A DNA stretch of 64,000 nucleotides from the human T2T-CHM13v2.0 reference genome, Homo sapiens (GCF_009914755.1 NC_060928.1), one strand, 5' to 3'. Shown: positions 46,878 to 59,735, numbered from the stretch's first letter. Translations and numbers: made by a program. The notes: a model not told the origin generated them from the letters alone.

Positions 46878-49800
46878 AGCCTCTTCTTACTCTCTTCTCC
46901 AACCTCTCTCACTGTCCCTCAACCACTTTCTCCTTTCCACTCTTCACTCTCCCTTCTCTTAATTTCAATTCCTTTCATTTTCTGGGAGAGACAAAGGAGA
47001 CATGTTTTATCCGTGGACCGAAAACTCCGGCGCCGGTCACGGACTGGGAAGGCAGCCTTCCCTTGGTGTTTAATCAATGCAGGGACGCCTCTCTGATTAT
47101 TCACCCACATTTCAAAGGTGTCAGACCATGCAGGGACGCCTGCCTTGGTCCTTCACCCTTAGCGGCAAGTCCCACTTTTCTGGGAAAGGGGCAAGTACCC
47201 CAACCCCTTCTCTCCTTGTCTCTACCCCTTCTCTGCTTTTCTGGGGGAGGGGCAAGTACCCCTCAACCCCTTCTCCTTCACCCTTAGCGGCAAGTCCCGC
47301 TTTTCTGGCGGAGGGGCAAGTACCACAACCTCATATCTCTGCGCCCCAATCCCTTATTTCCGTGCCCCAACCTCTTATATCTCTGCACCTCAACCCCTTA
47401 TTTCTGTGCCCCAACCCCTTATTTCCATGCCTCGACCCCTTATTTCTGCGCCCCATCCCTTATTTCCATGCCCTGACCTCTTATCTCTGTGCCCCAACCC
47501 CTTTTCCCACTTTTCTGGAAAGTAAGAACCCCCAAACCCCTTCCCTCTGTTTCTCTACTCTCTCTTTTCTCTAGGCTTGCTTCCTTCACTATAGGCAAGC
47601 TTCCACCCTCCATTCCTCCTTCTACTCCCTTGGCCTGTGTTCTCAAAAACTTAAAACCTCTTCAACTCATACCTGACCTAAAACCTAAATGCCTTATTTT
47701 CTTCTGCAATGCCGCTTGACCCCAATACAAACTCAACAGTAGTTCCAAATAGCCAGAAAATGGCACTTTGAATTTTTCCATCCTGCAAGATCTAAATAAT
47801 TCTTGTCGTAAAATAGGCAAATGGTCTGAGGTGCCTGACGTCCAGGCATTCTTTTACACATCAGCCCCTTCCTAGTCTCTGTGCCCAGTGCAACTCGTCC
47901 CAAATCTTCCTTCTTTCCCTCCCGCCTGTCCCCTCAGTATCAACCCGAAGCGTCGCTGAGTCTTTCTAATCTTCCTTTTCTACAGACCCATCTGACCTCT
48001 CCCTTCCTCCCCAGGCTGCTCCTCACCAGGCCGAGCTAGATCCCAATTCTTCCTCAGCCTCTGCTCCTCCACCCTATAATCCTTTTATCGCCTCCCCTCC
48101 TCACACCTGGTCTGGCTTACAGTTTCGTTCCGTGACTAGCCCTCCCCCTCCTGCCCAGCAATTTACTCTTAAAAAGGTGGCTGGAGCTAAAGGCATAGTC
48201 AAGGTTAATGCTCCTTTTTCTTCATCCCAAATCAGAAGCGTTTAGGCTCTTTTTCATCAAATATAAAAATCCAGCCCAGTTCATGACTTGTTTGGCAGCA
48301 ACCCTGAGACGCTTTACAGCCCTAGACCCTAAAAGGTCAAAAGGCCGTCTTATTCTCAAAATACATTTTATTACCCAATCTGCTCCCAACATTAAATAAA
48401 ACTCCAAAAATTAAATTCCGGCCCTCAAACCCCACAACAGGATTTAATTAACCTCGCCTTCAAGGTGTACAATAATAGAAAAAAGTTGCAATTCCTTGCC
48501 TCCACTGTGAGACAAACCCCAGCCACATCTCCAGCACACAAGAACTTCCAAACGCCTGAACCGCAGCGGCCAGGCGTTCCTCCAGAACCTCCTCCCACAG
48601 GAGCTTGCTACATGTGCCGGAAATCTGGCCACTGGGCCAAGGAATGCCCGAAGCCCGGGATTCCTCCTAAGCTGCGTCCCATCTGTGTGGGACCCCACTG
48701 AAAATCGGACTGTTCAACTCACCTGGGAGCCACTCCCAGAGCCCCTGGAACTCTGGCCCAAGGCTCTCTGACTCCTTCCCAGATCCTCTCGGCTTAGCGG
48801 CTGAAGACTGACACCGCCCGATCGCCTCGAAAGCCCCCTAGACCATCACGGACGCCGAGCTTCAGGTAACTCTCACGGTGGAAAGTAAGCCCATCCCCTT
48901 CTTAATCAATACGGAGGCTACCCACTCCACATTACCTTCTTTTCAAGGGCCTGTTTCCCTTGCCTCCATAACTGTTGTGGGTATTGACGGCCAGGCTTCT
49001 AAACCTCTTACAACTCCCCAACTCTGGTGCCAACTTAGACAATACTCTTTTAAGCACTCCTTTTTAGTTATCCCCACCTGCCCAGTTCCCTTATTAGGCT
49101 GAGACACTTTAACTAAATTATCTGCTTCCCTGACTATTCCTGGACTACAGCTGTATCTCATTGCCTCCCTTCTTCCCAATCCAAAGCCTCCTTTGCATCC
49201 TCCTCTTGTATCCCCCTACCTTAACCCACAAGTATAAGATACCTCTATTCCCTCCTTGGCGACCAATCATGCACCCCTTACCATCTCATTAAAACCTAAT
49301 CACCCTTACCCCACTCAACGCCAATATCCCATCCCGCAGCAAGCTTTAAAAAGATTAAAGCCTGTTATCACTCGCCTGCTACAGCATGGCCTTTTAAAGC
49401 CTATAAACTCTCCTTACAATTCCCCCATTTTATCTGTCCTAAAACCAGACAAGCCTTACAAGTTAGTTTAGGATCTGTGCCTTATCAACCAAATTGTTTT
49501 GCCTATCCACCCCGCGGTGCCAAACCCATATACTCTCCTATCCTCAATACCTGCCTCTACAACCCATTATTCTGTTCTAGATCTCAAACATGCTTTCTTT
49601 ACTATTCCTTTGCCCCTTAATCCCAGCCTCTCTTCGCTTTCACTTGCACTGACCCTGACACCCATCAAGCTCAGCAAATTACCTAGGCTGTACTGCCGCA
49701 AAGCTTCACAGACAGCCCCCATTACTTCAATCAAGCCCAAATTTCTTCCTCATCTGTTACCTATCTCGTCATAATTCTCATAAAAACACACGTGCTCTCC

Positions 49801-52229
49801 CTGCCAATCTTGTCCGACTGATCTCTCAAACCCAAGCACCTTCTACAAAACAACAACTCCTTTCCTTCCTAGGCATGGTTAGCGCGGTCAGAATTCTTAC
49901 ACAAGAGCCAGGACCACACCCTGTAGCCTTTCTGTCCAAACAACTTGACCTTACTGTTTTAGCCTAGCCCTCATGTCTGCGTGCAGCGGCTGCCGCTGCT
50001 TTAATACTTTTAGAGGCCCTCAAAATCACAAACTACGCTCAACTCACTCTCTACAGTTCTCATAACTTCCAAAATCTATTTTCTTCCTCATACCTGATGC
50101 ATATACTTTCTGCTCCCTGGCTTCTTCAGCTGTACTCACTCTTTGTTGAGTCTCCCACAATTACCGTTGTTCCTGGCCCAGATTTCAATCCGGCCTCCCA
50201 CATTATTCCTGATACCACACCTGACCCCCATGACTGTATCTCTCTGATCCACCTGACATTCACCCCATTTCCCCAAATTTCCTTCTTTCCTGTTCCTCAC
50301 CCTGATCACGCTTGATTTATTGATGGCAGTTCCACCAGGCCTAATCGCCACACACCAGCAAAGACAGGTTATGCTATAGTTCAAGCCACTAGCCCGCCTC
50401 TTAGAACCTCCATTTCCTTTCCATCGTGGAAATCTATCCTCAAGGAAATCACTTCTCAGTGTTCCTCAAGGAAATAACTTCTCAGTGTTCCATCTGCTAT
50501 TCTACTACTCCTCAGGGATTATTCAGGCCCCCTCCCTTCCCTACACATCAAGCTCGAGGATTTGCCCCACCCAGGACTGACAAATTAGCTTTACTCAACA
50601 TGTCCCGAGTCAGATAACTAAAATACCTCTTAGTCTAGGTAGATACTTTCACTGGATAGGTAGAGGCCTTTCCTACAGGGTCTGAGAAGGCCACCGCAGT
50701 CATTTCTTCCGTTCTGTCAGACATAATTCCTCAGTTTAGCCTTCCCACCTCAATACAGTCTGATAACAGACGAGCCTTTATTAGTCAAATCAGCCAAGCA
50801 GTTTTTCAGGCTCTTAGTATTCAGTGAAACCTTTATATCCCTTACGGTCCTCCATCTTCAAGAAAAGTAGAATGGACTAAAGGTCTTTTAAAAACACACC
50901 TCACCAAGCTCAGCCACCAACTTAAAAAGGACTGGACAATACTTTTACCACTTTCCCTTCTCAGAATTCAGGCCTGTCCTCGGAATGCGACAGGATACAG
51001 CCCATTTAAGCTCCTGTATAGACGCTCCTTTTTATTAGGCCCCAGTCTCATTCCAGACACCAGACCAACTTAGACTGTGGCCCAAAAAACTTGTCATCCC
51101 TACTATCTTCTGTCTAGTCATACTCCTATTCACCGTTCTCAACTACTCATACATGCCCTGCTCTTGTTTACACTGCCGGTTTACACTGTTTCTCCAAGCC
51201 ATCACAGCTGATATCTCCTGGTGCTATCCCCAAACTGCCACTCTTAACTCTTGAAGTAAATAAATAATCTTTGTTGGCAGGACTATGCTGAATCTCCTTA
51301 GGCACTCTCTAATCAGATATCCTGAGTCGTCCCAATTCTTAGACCTTTTATACCTGTTTTTCTCCTTCTGTTATTCCATTTAGTTTTTCAATTCATCCAA
51401 AACCATATCTAGGCCAACACCAATCATTCTATACGACAAATGTTTCTTCTAACATCCCCACAATATCACCCCTTACCACAAGACCTCCCCCTTCAGCTTA
51501 ATCTCTCCCACTCTAGGTTCCCACGCCGCCCCTAATCCCGCTTGAAGCAGCCCTGAGAAACATCGCCCATTCTCTCTCCATACCACCCCCCAAAAATTTT
51601 CGCTGCCCCAACACTTCGACACTATTTTGTTTTATTTTTCTTATTAATATAAGAAGGCAGGAATGTCAGGCCTCTGAGCCCAAGCCAAGCCATCGCATCC
51701 CCTGTGACTTGCACCTATACGCCCAGATGGCCTGAAGTAACTGAAGAATCACAAAAGAAGTGAATATGCCCTGCCCCGCCTTAACTGATGACATTCCACC
51801 ACAAAAGAAGTGTAAATGGCAGGTCCTTGCCTTAAGTGATGACATTACCTGTGAAAGTCCTTTTCCTGGCTCATCCTGGCTCGAAAACACCGCCACTGAG
51901 CACCTTGCGACCCCCACTCCTGCCCGCCAGAGAACAACCCCCCTTTGACTGTAATTTTCCTTTACCTACCCAAATCCTGTAAAATGGCCCCACCCCTATC
52001 TCCCTTCACTGACTCTCTTTTCGGACTCAGCCCACCTGCACCCAGGTGATTAAAAGCTTTATTGCTCACACAAAGCCTGTTTGGTGGTCTCTTCACACGG
52101 ATGTGCATGAAACCTTAGTACCTTGAATCAAAAGCCACTGGCCTTGTTCAAATCCTAAGAATCCCTTCTGAATCTTTGTGCGCACAGTTACGGCTTCAAC
52201 AAAATGAGAAACTGACATTTAATCTGACA

Positions 52230-52410
52230 TTTATTCATTCATTCAACAAATATTTGTTGAACACTTGCCATTGTTACCAATGGCAGGTATCTGAGTTACC
52301 AGCAGTGAATCCAAACTGTAACACTATGAGCCAGGAATTGTTTTAGGTAGTTGTTATGCATCTGTGAACAAACAAAAAGATTCCTGCCCTCCTGGGGCAT
52401 ATTGAAATAT
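52230..52410 (-). mobile_element. L2 3' end interrupted by a 52-bp LTR relic
   Basis: ttcattcattcaacaaatatttgttgaacac...atgagccagg. Confidence 0.75.
52272..52323 (-). mobile_element. Collapsed ERV1 LTR (MER50-like termini)
   Basis: TGTTAC...GTAACA termini with 4-bp TSD CCAT/CTAT. Confidence 0.6.
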
Positions 52411-53473
52411 AGAAAGTGAGTATGATATGAAAAGACTTTAGAGAACTCTGAAAATACCATGAATTAATGCCATGAATTGATGAGTTAGTAGAATCCAACA
52501 TAACTGAAATATGAAATCTAAAAACTAATATATCTAATAATTTATAGGTCTGAACCTAAAAATCTATTAAGATATTTTTGAGGTAGGAATTTACTCTGTG
52601 TTACTGCCACTTAAGGAGCTGCCAATAATTCTCACAAATAATCAAAAGAATCAATCTTTCCTGTCCATCTAATTCTCCAGAGCTTATTGAGATTCTGCAA
52701 AGGAAAAAAATAACTCTGGCTTCCCATGGAAATGCAAATTCATGGGACCCTCCCTGCCCTTTCCATTAATGGGCAGCCCAGGTGATTCTTAAGTAGAGGA
52801 CCCTGAGAATCAAACTTTGAAAATTCAAATTGCTGCTTTTCCCTTAGCTAATGACCTATATTAAATTACATTTACTACAGGGAAGGCAGAGTTGCCTTTT
52901 GCTCAGGTGTGTCAGCCAGTGGTTAGTTTTTTGTCTTGAAATGCAAACGTTTTATAGCACTTTTTTTCAAGTATGTGTGGTACCCATTCTCAATCCCTGA
53001 TGCTAGGAAGGAGATGGATTTCTATTCAATTAGTTTTTAAAGGATATTCTGAAAGAAATGGAGCCTTACTCTTGAGAGGAAGGAAGTATGAAGGGGATTG
53101 ATAGAGCTGTTCTCTATTTTATTTTGCATCTACAATGTAATTACAACTGCCTTTAAGAAGTGACTTCTTAGTCTGATAAATGCAATAACAACTTGATGAC
53201 TGAGAAAGTGACTCAATAAATTACTGAAAATCTATCACATTACTTTGCAAACAGACAAAATAGTCAAACAAAAATCAAATTATTACTCTGAGATTTTTTT
53301 CATGGGTGTGTTTGATAGTTATACTTGTGTTTCTCTTAATTTTAACTGATGGTCTATGCTAAATTAGAAAAAATTAAATATTATATAGACACTTCTTGAA
53401 TAATAGGGGTTTTCATTAGGCAGTTTGGTTTTAAAATGTTCAAATTTTTCTAAGAGTGCGCTTGGTTATACAC

Positions 53474-53699
53474 CAAGCTTGTTCAACCTGTGGCCTGCAG
53501 GCTGTATGTGACCCAGGACGGCTTAGAATGTGGCTCAACACAAATTCGTAAACTTTCTTAAAACATTATGAGATTTTTTTTGTGATTTTTTTTTTTTTTA
53601 GCTCATCAGCTATCATTAGTGTTAGTGTGTTTTATGTGTGGCCCAAGACAACTCTTCTTTCAGTGTGGCCCAGGGAAGCTAAAAGATTGGACATCTCTG
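53474..53699. mobile_element. MER30 hAT-Charlie MITE
   Basis: caagcttgttcaacc...gattggacatctctg; 8-bp TSD TTATACAC at 53466-53473 and 53700-53707. Confidence 0.9.
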
Positions 53700-53784
53700 T
53701 TATACACAATTGTGATCAGAAGTAAGCACCACTCAAGAATGAAATGAAAGTTGTTTTGCATATGACAGGAAATATTTTATTTTA

Positions 53785-55865
53785 TACCAAGTGGATATCC
53801 TAGAAAAAAATGGATAAATTACTAGAAAAATGCCATCTACCAAGATTTAATCATGAAATAAAAAGTCTGAACAAACCTATAACCAGTAAGGAGACTGAAT
53901 CAGTAATCAAAAACCTCCCAGAAAAGAAAAGACAAGGACCAGATGGTTTCATTGGAAAATTCTACCAAATATTTAAAGAAAGGTTAACACCAATCCTTCT
54001 CAAGCTCTTCCAGAAAATTAAAGAGGAGGCAAAACCCAATCTTATTCTCTGAGCCCAAAATTAACCTGATAGCAAAGCCAGATCAATCTGCTATGAGAAA
54101 AGAATACTATGAGGTTCAATATCCATGATAAATATTAATGCAAAAATTCTGAATAAAATTCTAGCAGAGTTCAAATGTACATTAAAAGGATTACACACCA
54201 TGACTAAGTGGGTTTTATCTCTAAGAGGCAAGGGTTATTCAACATATAAAAACCAATCAGTGTAATAAACCACATTAACAGAAGAAAGGATAAAAATTAC
54301 ATAATCATCTCAATTGACACAAAAAGCATTTGACAAAATTTTAATGCCTTTTTATTATAAAAACACTCAACAAACTAGAAATAGAGATACTTTACCTCAA
54401 CAAAATAAAGGCCATATATGAAAAGCCCACAGCTAGCATCATACTCAATAATGAAAGACTGAAAGCTTTTCATATAAGAGATCAGGAACAAGGCAAGAAT
54501 GTCCACTCTCTCCACTTCTATTCAACATAGTACTGGCAGTCCTAGCAATTAGGCAAAAACAATTAGGAAAGAAAAAGAAATACAAGGTATCTAAATTGAA
54601 AAGGAAGAAATAAAATTATCTGTTCGCAGATGACATTGTTACTGGAAAAGGATCCTGATCCAGAACCCAGGAAAGGGTTCTTGGACCTTGCACAAGAAAG
54701 AATTTGGGGCGAGTTCAAAGAGTAAAGTGAAAGTAAGTTTATTAAAAACCTAAAGAAACAAAAGAATGGCTACTCCATAGGCAGAGCAGCAGTATGGGTT
54801 GCTCAACTGGATATATTTATAGTTATTTCTTGATTTTATGCTAAACAAGGGGTGGATTATTCGTGAGTTTTCTGGGAAAGGGACAGAGATTTCTCAGAAC
54901 TGAGGGTCCCTCCTGTTTTTAAACTATAGAGGGTAACTTCCAGTCATTGCCATGGCATTTGTGAACTGTCATGGCGCTGGTGGGAGTGCCTTTTAATATG
55001 CTAATACATTATAATTGGCATATAATGAGCAGTGAGGACGTTTAGAGGTCACGTTCATCATCATCTTGGTTTTGGTGAGTTTTGGCCAGCTTCTTTACCT
55101 CATCCTGTTTTATCAGCAAGGTCTTTGTAACTTGTATCTTGTGCTGACCTCCTTTCTCATCCTGTGACTAAGAATGCTTAATCTCCTGGGAACACAGCCC
55201 AGTAGGTCTCAGTCTTATTTTACCCACCCCCTATTCAAGATGGAGTCACTCTAGTTCGAACGCCTCTGACCATATTTGTAGAGACCTGTAAGAACTCCAC
55301 AAAAAAAGCTGTTTAAGCTAATAAATGAATTCAGCAAAGTTGCAAGATACAAAATCAACACACAAAAATCAGTTGCATTTCTATACATTAACAATGAACA
55401 ACCTTAAAAGATAATTAAGAAAAAAATTCATTTATTATAGCATCAAAAATATATAATACTTAGGAATAAACTTATGCAAAGAGGTGAAAGACTTATACAC
55501 TAAAAACTACACCGCATTGCTGAAAGAAATTAAAGAAGACACAAATCAATGAAAAAACATCCTATTTTCACAGATTGCAAGACTTAATATTATTAAAATA
55601 TGCAAACTATGTAAAGTAATCTACAGATTCGATGCCATCCCTATGAAATTTCAATGGAATTTTTAAAAATAAAAAATTCTCAAATTCATATGAAATCTCA
55701 AAAGAAGCCATATAGTCAAAACAATCCTAAGAGAAATGAGAAAACCAGAATCCTCACACTTCCTGATTACAAAACATATTCCAAAGCTACTGCAATCAAA
55801 ACAGTATGGTATTGATGTAAAGACAGACATACAGACCAGTGGACCAGAATAGAGTCCAGAGATAT
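53785..55865 (+). mobile_element. L1MA/MB ORF2 fragment split by MER41
   Basis: ORF 53810 MDKLLEK...GPDGFIGKFYQIFKE; RT-like gcagatgacat at 54626. Confidence 0.85.
54637..55271 (-). mobile_element. MER41 (B-like) solo LTR
   Basis: tgttactggaaaaggatcctgatccag...ccctattcaagatggagtc...gcctctgac. Confidence 0.85.
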
Positions 55866-56615
55866 ATTTTCATGGGGATTGAACCATTTTGCATCACCAC
55901 TAACAGTGCACAGGGGTTCCAATTTCTCCACATTCTTGCCAGCCCTTGTTATTTTCTGTTTTTGTTTTTTTTTTTGTTTGTTTTTGTTGTTGTTTTTGTT
56001 TTTTAAATAGCAGCCATGCTAATAGGTATAAAGTGATATCTCACTGTGGCTTTGACATGCGTTTTCTAAATAATTAGTGATGTTGAACACCTTTTCATAT
56101 GCTTTTTGGGCATTTGTATATCTTCTATGGAGAAATATGTATATAAGTCCTTTGCCAATTTTTTAAGTTGGGTTATTTTTGTTGTTAAGTTACAGGTGTT
56201 CTTCATATATTCTTGATATTGACTCCTTCCCAGATATATGATTTGCAAATATTTTATCCTATTCCATAAATTGTCTTTTCACTCTGTTGATTGCTTTCTT
56301 TGCTGTGCAGAAGCTTTTTAGTTTGATGTAGTTCCATTTGTCTATTTTTGCTTTCATTGCTTGTGCTTTTGGTGTCATAGCCAATAAATCATTGCCAAAT
56401 TCAGCTTTGTAAAGATTCTTCCCTATTATTTTAGGAGTTTTAAAGTTTCAGATCTTTAATCCCATTTTGACTTCATTTTAAAATATGGTATAATGTAAGA
56501 GTCCAACTTCATTCTTTTGTACATAGATATTCAGTTTTCTCGATACCATTTGTTGAAGAAAATATTCTTTCCCCACTTTATAGTCTCAGTGCCCTTGTTG
56601 AAGATCACTTGACCA
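55866..56615 (-). mobile_element. Inverted L1 ORF2 3' segment
   Basis: Minus-strand ORF 56066-56248 (KKHMKRCSTSLII); antisense L1 sequence. Confidence 0.85.
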
Positions 56616-56762
56616 GTGGGTATAGAGTCAGTTTTGCAAGATGAAAAGTTCAAGAAACCTGTCAAAACAATGAGCTATAGTTAGCATTACTATGCTGTAC
56701 ACTTAAAAATGGTTGAGATAGTAAATTTTATGGTTTTTACCACATTAAAAAAATGAAATAAA
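56616..56762 (+). mobile_element. L1MB-like 3' terminus and A-tail
   Basis: gggtatagag...gcaagatgaaaagttc...ctgtacacttaaaaatggtt. Confidence 0.75.
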
Positions 56763-57120
56763 ATATTGCCAGCACCACAGAAGTCCCTTGAAACTATCTT
56801 AATCAATCACTTACACCAGCCTCAAAGGTGATTATTATATCTAACATTATAATTTAATTTTGCCTGTTCTTGACATTTATATTAAAGGAAATTAATATTA
56901 TGCTTTGAGATATATCTATGTTGTAGCATGTAGCTGTAGTTTATTCTTTTCTATTGCTACATGGTATTCCATTCTACTGTTGATGCCTATTTTAGTCATT
57001 TCCACTCTAGGTCTATTATAAATAATGCTGCTTTAAACATTCTTGTATATTTCTCTTGTTTCACATGTGCACATATTTCTATTAAGTACATACCAATGAG
57101 CAGAATAGCTAAAAATGGCA
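56763..57120 (-). mobile_element. L1ME-like fragment
   Basis: aatattgccagcacc...ttttgcctgttcttga...gctgctttaaacattcttgta. Confidence 0.55.
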
Positions 57121-57627
57121 TAAATAGGGTGACCATCTAACTTGCTTTCTCCAGCAATAGCACCTCTCCGTGCCAATTATCCCAGCATTTTAGCAAGTTT
57201 AGCCTGTGTCCTTGTCCTTCCCTCCCTCCCTCCCTTCCTCTCTCCTTTCCTCCCTCCCTCCCTCCTTTCCTCTCTCCCTCCTCCCTTCCTTCCTTGACTT
57301 TATTCTTGTGCCCTTTACATTCTAGTTGAAGTCCCTTTTTTCTCATTGAAACACCTTTGTCACTCAACTTTTTATACCTTAAGTCTGCTTAATGACATAA
57401 TTCATACTATAAGCAAATAGGCTACAAACTACAGCAGTGCAGGCTGCCCTGGCAGTAATGAGGCATCGATCAGACTCCTTTAGAAATTATCTGGATCTGG
57501 ACAGAAGACATTTGCAATAGGCTTAAAAATGTTTCAACATTTCTACCAGAATAGTCAGAAATAATACACGGTTTGATGAGGGAAATAAAAACTTGGCAGA
57601 CACATACTTGAAAGAAAGGAAAAGACT

Positions 57628-58320
57628 CACACCAGTTAGAATGGCAATCATTAAAAAGTCGGGAAACAACAGATGCTGGAGAGGATGTGGAGAAATAAGA
57701 ACACTTTTACACTGTTGGGAGTGTAAATTAGTTCAACCATTGTGGAAGACAGTGTAGCGATTCCTCAAGGTTCTAGAACTAGAAATACCATTTGACCCAG
57801 CAATCCTATAACTGGATATACACCCAAATGATTTTAAATCATTCTACTATAAAGATACATGCACACATATGTTTATTGCGGCACTATTCACAATAGCGAA
57901 GACTTGGAACCAACCCAAATGTCCATCAATAACAGACTGGATAAATAAAATGTGGCATATATACACCATGGAATACTATGCAGCCATAAAAAAGAATGAG
58001 CTCATGTCCTTTGCAGGGACATGGATGAAGCTGGAAACCATCATTCTCAGCAAACTAACACTAGAACAGAAAACCAAACACTGCATGTTCTTCCTCATAA
58101 GTGGGAGTTGAACAATGAGAACACATGGACACAGGGAGGGGAACATCACTCACCAGGGCCTGTTGGGGGGTGGGGGGCTAGGGGAGGGATAGCATTAGGG
58201 GAAATACCTAATGTAGATGACAGGTTGATGGGTGCAGCAAACCAGCATGGCACATGTATACCTATAACAATCCTGCATGTTCTGCACATGTACCCCAGAA
58301 CTTAAAGTATAATTTTAAAA
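57628..58320 (+). mobile_element. 5'-truncated L1PA (L1PA7-like) 3' end
   Basis: ORF2 C-terminus (ORF 57869) and 3'UTR; TSD AAAGAAAG(G/A)AAAAGACT at 57611-57627 and 58321-58337. Confidence 0.92.
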
Positions 58321-58949
58321 AAAGAAAGAAAAAGACTTTCACACAAAACTGAATAAATGACACACAAGAACAAAATTCAGAAGACACCAATACAAACATA
58401 CTCCCTCTTCCTTCTCTACACATAATTCATTATTAAATTTATCTTTGTAGTGAGATTGTTCTGCCAATGTGATCTCTATCACTAAAGATTTAATTCCATG
58501 TTTACTCAACTTTGGTCCAGGAAATGCATGTTCTATGAGGTATTAATAGGATTCTCATAAAAGTATTTTCTATTCTAATCAGTTGGAGTAGCTTTGCATA
58601 GTACATCTGCCTGCTTCACAAGAAACATATTAAAGGCTCTAGGAATTCCTAGAACAGTAAAGAGACATTAACCAAATATTTAACAAAGTTATTTTGGCTG
58701 CTAAATCATGGAACATCTTCTTAATATCTTACTGAATTGCTCAACAGCTTTGTGTTCCTTTTTGGGAGTGGTAATTTAGTATCAGAGAACAATTCATTTC
58801 TAAATCTAGCAATGGGCTAAGAAGATAGAAGGCTCCCCATTATTTTTCCAGGAGTTTCGTCTCACATAAGTTAAGGTGTGCTCACTACCTCCTAGTATTT
58901 CATCTCCCATAGCATTTTAATTTTATTTTTCTCCTACACCTTTAAAATT

Positions 58950-59520
58950 TACTTTTTAAAATTGACAGAGTACATTGCATGTTTTTATCAGATACAACAT
59001 GATGGTTTGAAGTACATATGCATTGTGGAATGGCTAAATCTAGCTAATTAACAAGACGCATTACATAACATCATTATAATTTTTGTGTTAAGAGCACATA
59101 ACGTCCACTGTCTTTACATTTTTTTCAAGAATACATTATATCATCATTAACTACAGTCACCTTGTCATAAAATAGTTCTCTTAAAATTTATTCTTCCTAT
59201 CCAAGTATAATTATGTATCCTTTGACCAACTTCTTCCCATCTCTCCTCCCCGCCAACCATCCCACCAGTAACCACTGTTACCACTGCTCTCTACTTCTAC
59301 GAGATCAGCTTCTCTAGATTCCACATATCAGTGAGATCATGAGACATATGTTTTTCTGTGTCTGGCTGATTTCATTTAACATAATATCCTTTCGGTTGAC
59401 CCATGATGGTTGCAAATGGCATTTTACGTTTTTACGGCTGATTATTTCATTGTGTATATATACCACATTTTCTTTATCCATTCATTCATTGATAGACACT
59501 TAGATTGATTACATGTCTTT
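58950..59520 (-). mobile_element. L1MA9-like 3' end
   Basis: cattgtggaatggctaaatctagctaattaac...agattccacatatcagtgagatcat. Confidence 0.8.
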
Positions 59521-59735
59521 CCCACAACATTTTTAGGCTTGGGAAATCAGATGAGGAATAGACTCTGGTATATGGATATCAGAAGTCAGAGGTGCTGATT
59601 CTGACACTAATAACTGTAACCTCTGAACTCCTGTTACCTTCTCTATAGGATGGAGCTAATCCCTGCTTTTTAATTTAATATCAACAAATATTAAAAGCTA
59701 GTCCTCAGGAAATTTTTCATCTAAAGAAATAGTGG

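Larger units (their letters stand above)
46274..52112 (+). mobile_element. HERV-H provirus (deleted RTVL-H2 type) with two LTR7s
   Basis: 5' LTR 46274-46725; 3' LTR 51664-52112; TSD CCTTA (46269-46273, 52113-52117); gag knuckle CYMCRKSGHWAKEC; protease with DTGA>NTEA; [17 protein letters not shown]; integrase remnants; env largely absent; PPT aagaaggcaggaa 51651-51663. Confidence 0.96.

Noticed and set aside
47330-47510. Short imperfect tandem repeats (cccttatttc...) resembling an array
   Set aside because: Known HERV-H internal repeat; no unique spacers, so not CRISPR-like
46659-47719. 145-165 aa ORFs in the HERV-H leader
   Set aside because: Pyrimidine-rich pre-gag region; starts appear non-ATG and no domain is recognisable
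50437-50492. 26-bp near-tandem repeat in HERV-H pol
   Set aside because: From memory a shared feature of deleted HERV-H copies rather than locus-specific
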